64,000 nucleotides of DNA. Source: Thermoleophilaceae bacterium (GTDB lineage Bacteria > Actinomycetota > Thermoleophilia > Solirubrobacterales > JACPNS01). Below the pieces are notes generated by a model. The model worked only from the letters and a program-made list of their open reading frames with translations. It did no database searches and was not told where the DNA came from. Shown here in pieces: positions 1 through 10,182 of the stretch. The stretch covers positions 18,733-82,732 of the forward strand of contig JAEMSX010000004.1 of assembly GCA_016462645.1 (NCBI GenBank), in the 5' to 3' direction. How positions within the stretch are numbered: position 1 is the first letter of the stretch; every line of letters starts with the position of its first letter. Both the position numbers and the translations under genes were made by a program.

Positions 1-261
1 TACGACGGCATCGCGTGTCTCGGCGCCGTGATCCATGGCGAGACTGACCACTACGACTTCGTCTGCGCCGAGGCAGCTCGCGGCATCCAGGATGTGCAGC
101 TCGATTCGGGCGTGCCGTGCGCGTTCGGCGTGCTCACCGTGGACAACATGGATCAGGCGCTCGCCCGCAGCGGTGGCGGCAAGCGCGACCAGGGCGCGCA
201 CGCCGTTCAGGCGATCATTCACATGGCCCGCTTGCGCGACCAGGTTGCAATCGTGGATTAG
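1..261 (+). CDS. ribH: 6,7-dimethyl-8-ribityllumazine synthase, C-terminal part (5' end lies outside the window)
   Basis: The frame is open from nt 1. The translation YDGIACLGAVIHGETDHYDFVC...FGVLT matches the lumazine synthase signature. Confidence 0.9.
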   Translation, partial: YDGIACLGAVIHGETDHYDFVCAEAARGIQDVQLDSGVPCAFGVLTVDNMDQALARSGGGKRDQGAHAVQAIIHMARLRDQVAIVD

Positions 262-295
262 CCGGCTTTCCGAGCCGCTACCATCACCCCTCGTT

Positions 296-487
296 ATGGC
301 AAAAGTTTGTGTTTCATGCGGCCGCGGGCCGTCGTTCGGTCAGTCGCGCAGCCACTCGATGGTGGCCACCAAGCGTCGCTTCGACCCGAACCTCCAGAAG
401 ATTCGCATCGTGAAGGGCAAGAGCGCCTCACGCGAATACGTCTGCACCCGCTGCATCAAGGCCGGCAAGGTCGTCAAGGCTGTCTAG
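296..487 (+). CDS. rpmB: 50S ribosomal protein L28
   Basis: Internal ATG of the 35..487 ORF. The 63-aa product MAKVCVSCGRGPSFGQSRSHSMVATKRRFDPNLQK is typical L28. Confidence 0.9.
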   Translation: MAKVCVSCGRGPSFGQSRSHSMVATKRRFDPNLQKIRIVKGKSASREYVCTRCIKAGKVVKAV

Positions 488-610
488 CCTGCGCGCCCTG
501 CTGAGTTCCTGACCGCATCCTCCCAAGAATTACGTAGTCCGCGCCGCCCGGTTGGACAACCGGCGCGAGCGCATTGCCGAAGTTCATACGAGCGTCGGCG
601 CGTGACCTCC

Positions 611-638
611 TTGACTAGGGATAGATTCCATCTATTCC
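611..638 (+). promoter_or_regulatory. Putative sigma-70-type promoter for the ABC transporter operon
   Basis: TTGACT at 611-616, a 16-nt spacer, then TATTCC at 633-638. The spacer contains the imperfect palindrome GGGATAGAT-TCC-ATCTATTCCC. Pattern match only. Confidence 0.25.
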
Positions 639-687
639 CACTCCGTCGGAACTGATTCCGGCTGCAAAGAAAGGTCAAACAAGTCAT

Positions 688-1605
688 ATGACTGACAATC
701 ACGTCAAGACCTCCAAGATCGCGCGGATCCTCACCGTCCTCGCAATGGTCGCGGTCGTCTCGGTACTGGCAGGTTGTGGAAGCGACGACTCGACCGACGA
801 CACCAAGTCGACGGGCAGCGCTTCGATCACCGGAACCTTCAACCAGGCAGCCGCCGACAAGGTCCCGCAGGCAATCAAGGACCAGGGCACGCTGACCGTC
901 GCGATGGACGCGAGCTACGCGCCGAACGAGTTCTTCGATGAGGACGGCAAGACGATCATCGGCACCGACGCCGATCTCGCCGACGCCATCGGCAAGACGC
1001 TCGGCCTTGAGGTCGACAAGAAGAACGCCACGTTCGATTCGATCATCCCCGGCCTTGCGGCCGGCAAGTTCGACATCGCCCTCTCGTCCTTCACGGACAC
1101 CAAGGAGCGCGAGCAGACCGTCGACATGGTCACCTACCTGACGGCCGGCACCGGCTTCTACACGAACGCCGACAAGCCGACTGAGGTCACCGGAGTCGCG
1201 GACCTCTGCGGCAAGACCGTCGCGGTCCAGAAGGGCACCGTGCAGCAGGATGATGTCGAGGCCCAGAACAAGAAGTGCAGTGAGCCGATCGACATCAAGG
1301 TCTTCACCCAGCAGACCGACGTGGACCTCGCGATCTCGTCCGGTCGCGCCGAGGTTGCGCTGGCGGACTCGCCCGTCGCGGCATACGCGGTCAAGCAGTC
1401 CGACGGCTCTCTGAAGTCAACGGGCAAGGACTACGACTCCGCTCCGTACGGAATCGCGATCAACAAGAAGACCGAGCTGACACCTGCGATCCAGGCTGCG
1501 GTCCAGGAGTTGATCGACAACGGCACCTACGCCGCGATCCTGAAGAAGTGGGGTCTCGAGTCGGGCGCAATCACCGAGTCGAAGATCAACGACGGCGTCG
1601 AGTAG
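688..1605 (+). CDS. Polar amino-acid ABC transporter substrate-binding lipoprotein (family 3 SBP)
   Basis: Signal peptide with lipobox LAGCGS. SBP_bac_3-like motifs are present (TLTVAMDASYAPNEF, FDSIIPGLAAGKFD). First gene of an SBP-permease-ATPase operon. Confidence 0.85.
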   Translation: MTDNHVKTSKIARILTVLAMVAVVSVLAGCGSDDSTDDTKSTGSASITGTFNQAAADKVPQAIKDQGTLTVAMDASYAPNEFFDEDGKTIIGTDADLADAIGKTLGLEVDKKNATFDSIIPGLAAGKFDIALSSFTDTKEREQTVDMVTYLTAGTGFYTNADKPTEVTGVADLCGKTVAVQKGTVQQDDVEAQNKKCSEPIDIKVFTQQTDVDLAISSGRAEVALADSPVAAYAVKQSDGSLKSTGKDYDSAPYGIAINKKTELTPAIQAAVQELIDNGTYAAILKKWGLESGAITESKINDGVE

Positions 1606-1651
1606 AGCTCGGCGTACTGAGGAATAAAGGCATGCGGCACGGCTTCTGAGC

Positions 1652-2608
1652 GTGAACGAAGAACCTCGCGCAATCGAAGCCGTGCCGCTTCGCCACCCCT
1701 GGCGATGGGTGATCGGCATTCTCATAGCCGTGCTCGTGGCCAACGCCGCCTGGTCGATTGCGACCGAGTCGCGCATCGAGTGGGACATCATCGGGAAGTA
1801 TCTGTTCTCCGAGCAGATCTTCAACGGAATGAAGATGACGTTGCTGCTGACCGTGATCGCGATGGTGATGGGCGTGCTGCTCGGAATCGTGCTCGCCGTG
1901 ATGTGGCTTTCCCCGAACCCGGTCGCGTCGTCGGTTGCATGGTTCTACATCTGGGTCTTCCGCGGGACTCCCGTGATCGTGCAACTGCTTTTCTGGGGAT
2001 TTCTCGGGGCGATCTATCCGCACCTCTCAATCGGCGTGCCGTTCGGGGGGCCTGAGTTCTTTGGCGGGTCGGCGAACGATCTGATCCCGCCATTCGTGGC
2101 CGCGATATTCGGCCTCGGCTTCAACGAAGCCGCGTACATGGCGGAGATCGTTCGCGCCGGCATCTCCTCGGTTGACGAGGGACAGGAAGAGGCCGCGGCA
2201 GCACTCGGCATGAAGCGCATCCAGACGATCCGCCGGATCGTCCTTCCGCAGGCGATGCGCGTGATCATCCCGCCGACCGGCAACGAGACGATCTCGATGC
2301 TCAAGACGACTTCACTCGTGCTCGTCATCCCGGTGTCCGACCTGCTGTACCAGGCGACGCTGATCTACTCGCGCAACTACAAGACGATCGAGCTGCTGAT
2401 CGTGGTTTCGCTCTGGTACCTGTTCTTCACGTCGATCCTGACGATCGTCCAGTACTACATCGAGCGCCATTACTCGCGCGGGACCAAACGCAACCAGCCG
2501 CCGAGCAAGATCGAGTTCTTCGTCAAGCATTTCTGGCCACATCGGTCGCCGCGTGAAGAGGGCGGACCGCCAATGCCCGGGCCGGGGTCCCGGCAATTGG
2601 GCGGATGA
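1652..2608 (+). CDS. Amino-acid ABC transporter permease
   Basis: Multi-TM protein with the EAA-like loop ([30 protein letters not shown]). Its stop overlaps the ATPase start (ATGA). Confidence 0.85.
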   Translation: MNEEPRAIEAVPLRHPWRWVIGILIAVLVANAAWSIATESRIEWDIIGKYLFSEQIFNGMKMTLLLTVIAMVMGVLLGIVLAVMWLSPNPVASSVAWFYIWVFRGTPVIVQLLFWGFLGAIYPHLSIGVPFGGPEFFGGSANDLIPPFVAAIFGLGFNEAAYMAEIVRAGISSVDEGQEEAAAALGMKRIQTIRRIVLPQAMRVIIPPTGNETISMLKTTSLVLVIPVSDLLYQATLIYSRNYKTIELLIVVSLWYLFFTSILTIVQYYIERHYSRGTKRNQPPSKIEFFVKHFWPHRSPREEGGPPMPGPGSRQLGG

Positions 2609-3381
2609 CCGAGTCAGGTACAACACCGATGGTCGAGGCCATCAACGTGCACAAGCGCTTCGGCAAGAACGAGGTGCTGAAGGGCATCACTCTGACCGTC
2701 GCGCCAGGGGAGGTGATGGTGTTGCTCGGCCCGTCCGGATCGGGCAAATCGACCTTTCTGCGCTGCATCAACCACCTTGACAGACTCAACGCCGGAGAAC
2801 TCCGCGTGGACGGCTCCCTCGTGGGCTTTCGCGAGTCAAAGGGCAAGATCTACGAGCAGAAGGAATCCGAAATCGCTGCCGACCGGACACGCATCGGCAT
2901 GGTGTTCCAGGGCTTCAATCTCTTTCCTCATATGTCGGCGATGCAGAACATCATCGAGGCGCCGACGCGCGTCCTGAAGGTGAACAAGAAGCAGGCCGAA
3001 GCCGAGGCTCAGGCGTTGCTCGAACAAGTTGGGCTGGGCGATCGCGGGGACGCATATCCGAATCAGCTGTCAGGCGGTCAGAAGCAGCGCGTCGCGATAG
3101 CGCGTGCGCTGGCGATGAAGCCGAAGCTGATGCTCTTCGATGAACCCACCTCAGCGCTCGACCCGGAACTCGTGGGCGACGTGCTCGACGTGATGCGCAA
3201 GCTGGCCGAGGACGGCATGACGATGGTCGTCGTCACGCATGAGATTGGATTCGCGCGTGAAGTCGGTGACCAGCTCGTGTTCATGGACGAGGGAGTCGTT
3301 GTCGAAAGCGGCGATCCCGCAACCGTCATCGCGAACCCGCAGCACGAGCGCACGAAGGCATTTCTCTCCAAGGTGCTCTAG
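2605..3381 (+). CDS. Amino-acid ABC transporter ATP-binding protein
   Basis: Walker [13 protein letters not shown] signature [15 protein letters not shown], Walker [13 protein letters not shown]. Confidence 0.92.
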   Translation: MTESGTTPMVEAINVHKRFGKNEVLKGITLTVAPGEVMVLLGPSGSGKSTFLRCINHLDRLNAGELRVDGSLVGFRESKGKIYEQKESEIAADRTRIGMVFQGFNLFPHMSAMQNIIEAPTRVLKVNKKQAEAEAQALLEQVGLGDRGDAYPNQLSGGQKQRVAIARALAMKPKLMLFDEPTSALDPELVGDVLDVMRKLAEDGMTMVVVTHEIGFAREVGDQLVFMDEGVVVESGDPATVIANPQHERTKAFLSKVL

Positions 3382-3436
3382 CGCAGCGTTGCCGCTGAGT
3401 GATCCGACCGCCTCGGCCCACCCGTAGGATCGGGCA

Positions 3437-4330
3437 ATGGGCAAGGAGATTCTGATCAGCGGGGCTGCCGGGTTTGTCGGCACGCCGCTCACCAAGCTGC
3501 TGACCGATCGCGGCGACACCGTCGTGAAACTGACTCGTGGCCCCGGCGGTGACGGGTCGATCCACTGGGACCCGGCCGCGGGCGAGCTTGACGCTGCCGC
3601 CGTGGAGGGCTTTGACTCCGTGATTCACCTCGCCGGCGAGTCGATCGCAGGCGTCTGGACCAAGAAGAAGAAGCACGCGATCGTCGAGAGCCGGCGCGCC
3701 GGCACGACGCTGCTCGCAGAGGCTCTCGCGGGGGCGACCGACAAGCCCGAAAGCCTGATCAACTCGAGCGCGATCGGACTCTACGGAAGTCGCGGCGATG
3801 AGGTCCTGAAGGAAGATTCCGGCGTCGGGGAGGGATTCCTCGCTGAGCTCGTCAGAGTCTGGGAAGAGTCTGCGCAGCCCGCGCGCGACGCCGGCATCCG
3901 CGTGGTGAATCTGCGCCTTGGCCTCGTGACGGCCCAGAGCGGCGGAATGATGGGTCCGATGAAGCCGGCCTTCAAGCTCGGCGTCGGCGGCAAACTCGGC
4001 GATGGCGAGCAATGGTGGAGCTGGGTGACGCTCGACGACGTTGTGCGCGCGTTCGCCCACGCGGTGGACAACCCCGCGCTGGCCGGCCCGTACAACGTCG
4101 CGGCGCCCAATCCAGTCACCAACGCCCAGTTCACCAAGTCACTCGGTCACGCGTTGCATCGTCCGACGTTTCTTCCGGCACCGAAGTTCGCGCTCAAGAC
4201 GTTCGCCGGCGAGATGGCAGACGAAATGTTGCTCACCAGCCAGCGGATCGACTCGTCGAAACTCGTCGCCACAGGATTTGAGTTCTCGGACACCGAGCTC
4301 GATCCCGCGCTGGAGCGCCTCTTCAGCTAG
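3437..4330 (+). CDS. TIGR01777/YfcH-like epimerase-family SDR with a DUF1731-type C-terminus
   Basis: N-terminal GAAGFVG Rossmann motif. The overall pattern, including the C-terminal SQRIDSSKLVATGFEF segment, is typical of this family. Confidence 0.75.
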   Translation: MGKEILISGAAGFVGTPLTKLLTDRGDTVVKLTRGPGGDGSIHWDPAAGELDAAAVEGFDSVIHLAGESIAGVWTKKKKHAIVESRRAGTTLLAEALAGATDKPESLINSSAIGLYGSRGDEVLKEDSGVGEGFLAELVRVWEESAQPARDAGIRVVNLRLGLVTAQSGGMMGPMKPAFKLGVGGKLGDGEQWWSWVTLDDVVRAFAHAVDNPALAGPYNVAAPNPVTNAQFTKSLGHALHRPTFLPAPKFALKTFAGEMADEMLLTSQRIDSSKLVATGFEFSDTELDPALERLFS

Positions 4331-4387
4331 GAACTGCCGACGCCTTCGGTGCCTGTCCGGTACGACGGGCTGTGTAACCTGCGCCCC

Positions 4388-6058
4388 ATGCCGGACCCCT
4401 CGCTAGTCAGATTTCGCAGAATCGTCGAATCCGCGTGTGAAGCGCTTGAAGCGCGGCGCGAAGAGATCAATGATCTGAACGTCTTCCCGGTCGCCGATGG
4501 CGACACCGGTGACAACATGGCGCGCACGCTGCGTGCGGTGCTGGACGCGCTTGATGACATGACCGCGGACGGTCGCGCGATCGACGAGATCGGTCGCAAC
4601 GAGATCGTGCACGCCGTCGCGCGGGCCGCACTGCTCGGCGCCCGCGGCAACAGCGGCGTGATCCTCTCGCAGATTGTTCGCGGCCTGGCCGAGGAGCTTG
4701 CGTCGCGTCCGGGGCAGCGAATCGACCCGGCTCTGGTCGCCTCCGCGCTCAACCGCGCCTCCGATGCCGCGTACGAGTCCGTGCGCGATCCCCAGGAGGG
4801 CACGATGCTGACCGTGATCCGCGAGATCGCCAGCCGTGTGTCGCAGATGGTCGCCCATATGGACGACGCGAACTTCCCACTCGACATCGACGACGAATCG
4901 CAGAACACTTCATTGGGTGGCCTGATCGACGGGGCCGTCAGCGTCGGCGAGAAGTCGGTGGCGCGCAGTCCCGAACTGCTGCCGCTGCTGAAGGAGTCGG
5001 GGGTCGTTGACTCAGGTGGTTACGGCATGGTCGTGATCATGTCCGGCATCCTCGCGGCGCTTTCGGGCGACAGCGATGCACCCGGCCGGGTTGCGCACCA
5101 CGTTGCGCCGGCCGGCGGCGGCGCCGTGCGCCACGAGTCGAGCAATTACCAGTTCTGTACCAACTTCGCGGTGACTGGAACTGAACTCTCGGCCGACCAC
5201 TTCCGACCGGGGCTGGAGCGCCTCGGCGACTCCGTGCTCGTCGTCGGCGACGACACCACGCTGCGCATCCACGTGCACACGAACGAACCGAATGAGGCGA
5301 TGTCGCTGTTCCAGGAGTTCGGCGAAGTCGTGGACGTCGAACTCGAGGACATGCACGCAATGGTCGCGGCGCGCAACGAACGCGGCGCAGGCGGCACCGG
5401 CGTCGTGATCGCGGCCGAGGCCCCGCGCGGGAATTGCGGCATCGTCGCAGTGGTGAGCGCGGAAGGCATCGCCGGTCTCTTCCGCGACCTCGGCGCGACA
5501 GTCGTGGACGGTGGCGAGACGCTCAATCCGTCGACCGAGGAGCTCCTGGCGGCAATCGACGCCGCTCCCGAGTCGGAGATCATCCTCCTGCCCAATTCGA
5601 GCAACGTGATCCTCGCGGCCGAGCGCGCAGTCGAGCTGACAGACAAGTCCGCAGAGGTTGTGCCAACCACGAGCCAGCAGGCAGGCCTCGCGGCCGCTGT
5701 GGCGCTGAACCCGGCGAGCAACGCCGAACTGAACGCCTCCTCGATGTCCAGCGCAGTCGCTGTTGTCCGTACCGGCGGGGTCGCTCCGGCGGCGCGCGAC
5801 GATGCGGATGGACGCTTCGACAAAGGCGACGCCGTCGGGTTCATCGACGAGTCGCTGGTGGCATGGGGCGCTCCCGATGACACGCTGAAAGTCGTGTTCG
5901 AGCAACTCGGCGACGGCGCGGAACTGATGACCTGTATTTCCGGCGCCGCGGCGCCGCTCTCGCTCGATCAAGTGCGCGGACTGGCGCCCCCGCAGGCAGA
6001 GTTAGAGTTGCTCGATGGAGGGCAACCAAACTGGTGGTGGCTGATTTCAGCCGAGTGA
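4388..6058 (+). CDS. DAK2-domain fusion protein, YloV family
   Basis: DAK2 motifs are present (VFPVADGDTGDNM, GARGNSGVILSQ). Sits in the conserved position upstream of recG. The start was chosen at MPDPSL, so it is approximate. Confidence 0.8.
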   Translation: MPDPSLVRFRRIVESACEALEARREEINDLNVFPVADGDTGDNMARTLRAVLDALDDMTADGRAIDEIGRNEIVHAVARAALLGARGNSGVILSQIVRGLAEELASRPGQRIDPALVASALNRASDAAYESVRDPQEGTMLTVIREIASRVSQMVAHMDDANFPLDIDDESQNTSLGGLIDGAVSVGEKSVARSPELLPLLKESGVVDSGGYGMVVIMSGILAALSGDSDAPGRVAHHVAPAGGGAVRHESSNYQFCTNFAVTGTELSADHFRPGLERLGDSVLVVGDDTTLRIHVHTNEPNEAMSLFQEFGEVVDVELEDMHAMVAARNERGAGGTGVVIAAEAPRGNCGIVAVVSAEGIAGLFRDLGATVVDGGETLNPSTEELLAAIDAAPESEIILLPNSSNVILAAERAVELTDKSAEVVPTTSQQAGLAAAVALNPASNAELNASSMSSAVAVVRTGGVAPAARDDADGRFDKGDAVGFIDESLVAWGAPDDTLKVVFEQLGDGAELMTCISGAAAPLSLDQVRGLAPPQAELELLDGGQPNWWWLISAE

Positions 6059-8160
6059 AGTTCAGTGCCGTGATCGGTGGCGGTGACGCCACGATCGACC
6101 AACTTGCAGCCGCGCCGATCCGGTGGCCGCGCCCGAGTCTCCTGCGCGCGCCACTGCCGGTCGGTGCCAAAACGCTTGAGGCCGCAGAACGGCTTGGAAT
6201 CCGCGACCTCGGCGACCTGATCGAGCACGTCCCGGTCACTCACGAATTCCGTGCCGGTCGGCAGATCAAGCAGCTGAAGGCGGGGGAGGAGGCGACGATT
6301 GAGGTCGAACTCCGCTCGATCTCCTTGCGACCGACGCGGCGACGCAATCTGCGCATCGTCGAGGCGGTCGTGCTCGATGATTCGGGATCTGGCAAGGCCG
6401 TCTGGTTCAACCAACAGTGGCTTGCAAAACAGCTGGAACCCGGAACCCATCTGCGCCTCTTCGGGAAGATGAAGGGCGGGGCGTTCCAAGTGAAGGAACA
6501 CACGGTCATCGGGGCGAGCGAGGGCGGGGCGGATTCCGGCCCGATCTCGGTATATCCGGGAACGGAGGGCCTGAAGTCGCAGCGACTGCGCGAGCTGGTC
6601 GATGCGGTGCGTGGCATCGAGCTGAACGTGATCGAGGCGCTCCCCGGACGCTTCCGCGCGCGCGAGCGCCTGATGGGTCATGCAGACGCCCTCTCAGAGA
6701 TGCACTTCCCGAGCGATCAACGAGCGAGCGCCGCGGGCCGTGAGCGACTTGCGTTCGAGGAACTCTTCCTGCAGCAGCTGGCGCTGGGGCTGCGCAGGCG
6801 CCGCCGCGTCGCCGGCCGCAGCGCGCCGGAGCTCCCCGCGCAGGAGACGCTGGTGGCGCGCTGGCGCGAGCGCCTGCCGTTCGAGTTCACCGGTGACCAG
6901 CGCGAGGCGATCGCAACGATTGACCGGGACCTCGCACGTGGGGTTCCGATGCAGCGGCTGCTGATGGGCGAGGTCGGCTCGGGCAAGACGGTTGTTGCGC
7001 TGTCGGCGATGTTGCGGGCGGCGGAGAACGGCGGTCAGGCGGCGCTGATGGCGCCGACCGAGACGCTCGCCGAGCAGCATTTCGCGACGCTCAACGCGAT
7101 GCTGCCGGAGGTGCCGCTGGCACTGCTCACCGGCTCCACTCCCGCGGCGCGGCGCAAGGAGATCCTCGCGCGTCTTGCCACGGGCGAGCTGCCACTGATC
7201 GTCGGCACCCATGCGCTGATCGAGGAGCCGGTCGAGTTCCGCAATCTCGCGCTTGCCGTCGTGGATGAGCAGCACCGCTTCGGCGTACGTCAACGCGCGG
7301 CACTGGACGCAAAGGCACCGGGTGAGCTCCTGCCGCACGTGCTGCACATGACCGCGACGCCGATTCCGCGCACACTCGCGCTCACCGGCTACGGCGACCT
7401 CGACTTCACGCAGATCAAGGAGCTCCCGCGCGGCCGTCGTCCGATCAGCACACGCGTGATCGGCGACGCGCAGCGCGAAGACGCCTACGAGCAGGTCCGT
7501 GAACAGCTGCGCGCCGGTCGCCAGGCCTACGTGGTCTGCCCGCTCGTCTCTGAGTCGGAGGTGCTGCAGGTCCGCGCGGCCACGGTTGAGTACGAGCGGC
7601 TCGCCGCCGGTGAGTTCAAGGATTTCCGCGTGCGGTTGATTCACGGCCAGATGCCGTCGGTCGAGAAGGCGGCCGCGATGAAGGCCTTCGGCGACCACGA
7701 GGCGGACGTGCTTGTGGCGACGAGTGTGATCGAGGTCGGGATCGACGTGCCGAACGCGACCGTGATGATCATCGAGGACGCCGATCGCTACGGGATCTCC
7801 CAACTGCACCAGCTGCGGGGCCGTGTCGGGCGTGGCGAGCATGAGTCGTTCTGCATGCTCTTCGGCAATCCGGCCTCGCGCCGGCTCCGCGCCGTCGCAG
7901 CCGAACGCGACGGCTTCAAACTGGCGCAGGTGGACCTCGAGCTGCGCGGTGCGGGGGAGGAGCTGGGTACGCGGCAGAGCGGTCTGCCGCGCTTTCGTGT
8001 CGCGGTCCTGCCTGAGGACAACCTTCTGCTCGAGCGGGCCAATCTTGCGGCTGATCGCCTCCTGACCGAGGATCCCGCCCTGGACGCCCCGGAGCAGGCG
8101 CTTCTGCGCGACTCGGTGATCGGGCGCTACGGCGAAGAGATCGATCCGATTCCGGCGTAG
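6034..8160 (+). CDS. recG: ATP-dependent DNA helicase RecG
   Basis: Wedge domain followed by helicase motifs (GEVGSGKT, DEQHRFG, TATPIPRT, QLHQLRGRVGRG). Confidence 0.92.
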   Translation: MVADFSRVKFSAVIGGGDATIDQLAAAPIRWPRPSLLRAPLPVGAKTLEAAERLGIRDLGDLIEHVPVTHEFRAGRQIKQLKAGEEATIEVELRSISLRPTRRRNLRIVEAVVLDDSGSGKAVWFNQQWLAKQLEPGTHLRLFGKMKGGAFQVKEHTVIGASEGGADSGPISVYPGTEGLKSQRLRELVDAVRGIELNVIEALPGRFRARERLMGHADALSEMHFPSDQRASAAGRERLAFEELFLQQLALGLRRRRRVAGRSAPELPAQETLVARWRERLPFEFTGDQREAIATIDRDLARGVPMQRLLMGEVGSGKTVVALSAMLRAAENGGQAALMAPTETLAEQHFATLNAMLPEVPLALLTGSTPAARRKEILARLATGELPLIVGTHALIEEPVEFRNLALAVVDEQHRFGVRQRAALDAKAPGELLPHVLHMTATPIPRTLALTGYGDLDFTQIKELPRGRRPISTRVIGDAQREDAYEQVREQLRAGRQAYVVCPLVSESEVLQVRAATVEYERLAAGEFKDFRVRLIHGQMPSVEKAAAMKAFGDHEADVLVATSVIEVGIDVPNATVMIIEDADRYGISQLHQLRGRVGRGEHESFCMLFGNPASRRLRAVAAERDGFKLAQVDLELRGAGEELGTRQSGLPRFRVAVLPEDNLLLERANLAADRLLTEDPALDAPEQALLRDSVIGRYGEEIDPIPA

Positions 8161-8172
8161 TAGTTTCCCGCC

Positions 8173-8592
8173 ATGGCGATCATCGAGCACGAAGAACACA
8201 CGACGGCCACCCGCGAGCAGATCTGGGCACTTTGGGCGGACATCGAAGGCTGGCCTGACTGGGACGAGAATCTCGAATGGGTCAAGTCCGAGGGCCCCCT
8301 TGAAGTGGGAACTTTCGCCGAGCTGAAACCGAAGGGCGCGAAGGTCGTTGCCTTCCAGTTCACCGAGGTCGACGCGCCGAACCGTTTCGTCGACATCACG
8401 CTGCTCCCCAAGGCGCAGATGCGCATGGAACACCGGCTGACCGATGCCGAGGACGGAGGGCTCACGGTCTACCAGAGCGTCTCGTTCAGCGGACCGCTGG
8501 GCAGGATCTTCCAGTACATCATCGGTCGCGGGATGAAGCGCGACATGCCTGGGGCGATGCGCAAGTTGATTTCGCTCGCCGAAGCCTCCTGA
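8173..8592 (+). CDS. SRPBCC (polyketide cyclase/dehydrase-like) family protein
   Basis: 139 aa. The N-terminal pattern (REQIWALWADIEGWPDWDENLEW) is typical of the SRPBCC fold. Family-level call only. Confidence 0.6.
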   Translation: MAIIEHEEHTTATREQIWALWADIEGWPDWDENLEWVKSEGPLEVGTFAELKPKGAKVVAFQFTEVDAPNRFVDITLLPKAQMRMEHRLTDAEDGGLTVYQSVSFSGPLGRIFQYIIGRGMKRDMPGAMRKLISLAEAS

Positions 8593-8599
8593 CCCGCTG

Positions 8600-9142
8600 A
8601 TGCGCATCGTTGCCGGCGAGTTCAAGGGCCGCAGGCTCAGCGGACCCGAGGGCAAGGCGGCGCGCCCGACCTCCGACAAGGTGCGCGAGGCGCTCTTCTC
8701 GATTCTCGGGCCGATTGACGACGCGCGGGTTCTCGACCTGTTCGCCGGCACCGGCGCGGTCGGGATCGAGGCCGTCTCCCGCGGCGCGGCCGAAGCCGTT
8801 CTCGTCGAGCGTGACCGGCGTATGGCGTCGGTGATCGAACGCAACCTTTCCGAGCTCCTCGGCGCAGGCGACGAGCGGGCCACGCTCGTGCGCGGCGACG
8901 CGCTGAAGTACCTGGCCGGCGCGACGGGGTTCGACCTCGTATTCGTCGATCCGCCGTACGCGCAGGCGGCTGCCCTTGAGCCGAAACTGGCGGCGCTGCT
9001 CCCCGCGGCGCTTGCGCCCGGCGCAACTGTCGTGACCGAGTCCGATCGCCGCAGTCCGCTGGACCTGAGCGGCAGCCAGCTTTCAACCAGATCAGAACAC
9101 ATCTATGGCGATACGCTCATACGCGTATTTGACGCCCCATGA
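8600..9142 (+). CDS. rsmD: 16S rRNA (guanine966-N2)-methyltransferase RsmD
   Basis: MRIVAGEFKGRRL, RPTSDKVREALF, SAM motif DLFAGTGAVGIEA, and DPPY. Adjacent to coaD, as is usual. Confidence 0.88.
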   Translation: MRIVAGEFKGRRLSGPEGKAARPTSDKVREALFSILGPIDDARVLDLFAGTGAVGIEAVSRGAAEAVLVERDRRMASVIERNLSELLGAGDERATLVRGDALKYLAGATGFDLVFVDPPYAQAAALEPKLAALLPAALAPGATVVTESDRRSPLDLSGSQLSTRSEHIYGDTLIRVFDAP

Positions 9143-9666
9143 CTGAGACTTCATCAAACGGATACGCCGGCCGCATCGCAGTGTGCCCCGGCTCATACGA
9201 CCCGGTCACGAACGGCCATCTCGACATCATTCGCCGCGGAGCGCGTGTTTTCGACAAGGTTGTTGTCGCCGTCGTCAACGCTTCCGTGCGCAAGTCGCCG
9301 CCGCTGTTCAACGCAGACGAGCGCGTCGGCTTCCTCGAGGACGCGTTGTCGGATCTTCCGAACATTGAAGTCCGCAAATTCGACGTTCTTATCGTCGACT
9401 TCGCCAGAGAAGTGGGCGCGACTGCAATCCTGAAGGGGCTGCGGGCGATCTCCGACTTCGAATACGAGTTCGAGATGAACCAGCTCAACAGCACGATGGC
9501 GCCGGACATCGAAAGCGTTTACATGATGTCCTCACCGAAGTTCAGTTTCATCAGCTCCTCTGGCATCAAGGAGATGGCGCGTTTCGGCGGCAACGTGAGT
9601 GAGATGGTTCCGCCGCAAGTTTCCGTACGCTTGGCCGAGGCCTTGAAGGCCCAGGCAAGCCACTGA
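9139..9666 (+). CDS. coaD: Phosphopantetheine adenylyltransferase
   Basis: PGSYDPVTNGHLDII (T/HxGH motif) and ISSSGIKE. Start overlaps the rsmD stop. Confidence 0.92.
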   Translation: MTETSSNGYAGRIAVCPGSYDPVTNGHLDIIRRGARVFDKVVVAVVNASVRKSPPLFNADERVGFLEDALSDLPNIEVRKFDVLIVDFAREVGATAILKGLRAISDFEYEFEMNQLNSTMAPDIESVYMMSSPKFSFISSSGIKEMARFGGNVSEMVPPQVSVRLAEALKAQASH

Positions 9667-9680
9667 CGAAAGGCCTTACC

Positions 9681-10148
9681 GTGGACGTCCTCGTACTGAT
9701 CGACAAACTTGATGACCTGATTCACAACGCGAAGCAGATTCCGTTGACGGAAAACGTGCGCGTGGATCGCGAGGAGATCTACGACCTGCTCGACCAGATG
9801 CGCGCCACGATCCCGGAAGAGATCAAGCAGGCCCGCTGGATCGTCAAGGAGCGCCAGGAGATGCTGGCCGAGGCCAAGCGCGAAGCCGAGCGCATCGTCA
9901 AGGAAGCCAACGACGAGCAGCTGCGTCTGGTGTCCGAACAGGAAGTGGTCAAGCAGGCCGAGAACCACGCCGAGGACATCGTCGAAGAAGCCCGCGCCCG
10001 CGAGAGAGAGATCCGCCTGGGCGCCGAGGACTACGCCGACGACATTCTCAACACCTTGGAAGTGAACCTCGAGAAGTTCCTCGCAGCCGTGCAGCGCGGA
10101 CGTGACCGTCTGGCCGGTCGCGACCACGAATCTGCGGACATCCGTTAG
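9681..10148 (+). CDS. Coiled-coil protein resembling the SepIVA/Rv2927c family (DivIVA-related, ATP-synthase-B-like)
   Basis: The N-terminal pattern LDDLIHNAKQIPLT..VRVDREEIYDLLDQMRATIPEEIKQA is followed by a charged coiled coil. In actinobacteria a gene of this kind sits next to DUF177. The assignment comes from memory of family features. Confidence 0.5.
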   Translation: MDVLVLIDKLDDLIHNAKQIPLTENVRVDREEIYDLLDQMRATIPEEIKQARWIVKERQEMLAEAKREAERIVKEANDEQLRLVSEQEVVKQAENHAEDIVEEARAREREIRLGAEDYADDILNTLEVNLEKFLAAVQRGRDRLAGRDHESADIR

Positions 10149-10182
10149 TCGTTAGAAGCCGAACCTCCGTAAACTGGCCAGC

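Noticed and set aside
520-575. The hairpin CCGGTT-GGAC-AACCGG after rpmB as an intrinsic terminator.
   Set aside because: The stem is only 6 bp, cannot be extended cleanly, and has no U-tract. The evidence is too weak to annotate.
6694-9102. An 802-aa minus-strand ORF. Similar long shadow ORFs occur at 26717-27865, 28268-29941, 29917-31107, 31751-33109, 55560-56798 and in several places across smc.
   Set aside because: All are antisense or out of frame to genes with clear family signatures (recG, rsmD, rimM/trmD, lepB, comM, ACAD, smc). Their products are Arg/Ala/Pro/Gly-rich low-complexity strings with no motifs. Long stop-free shadow frames are expected in GC-rich DNA.
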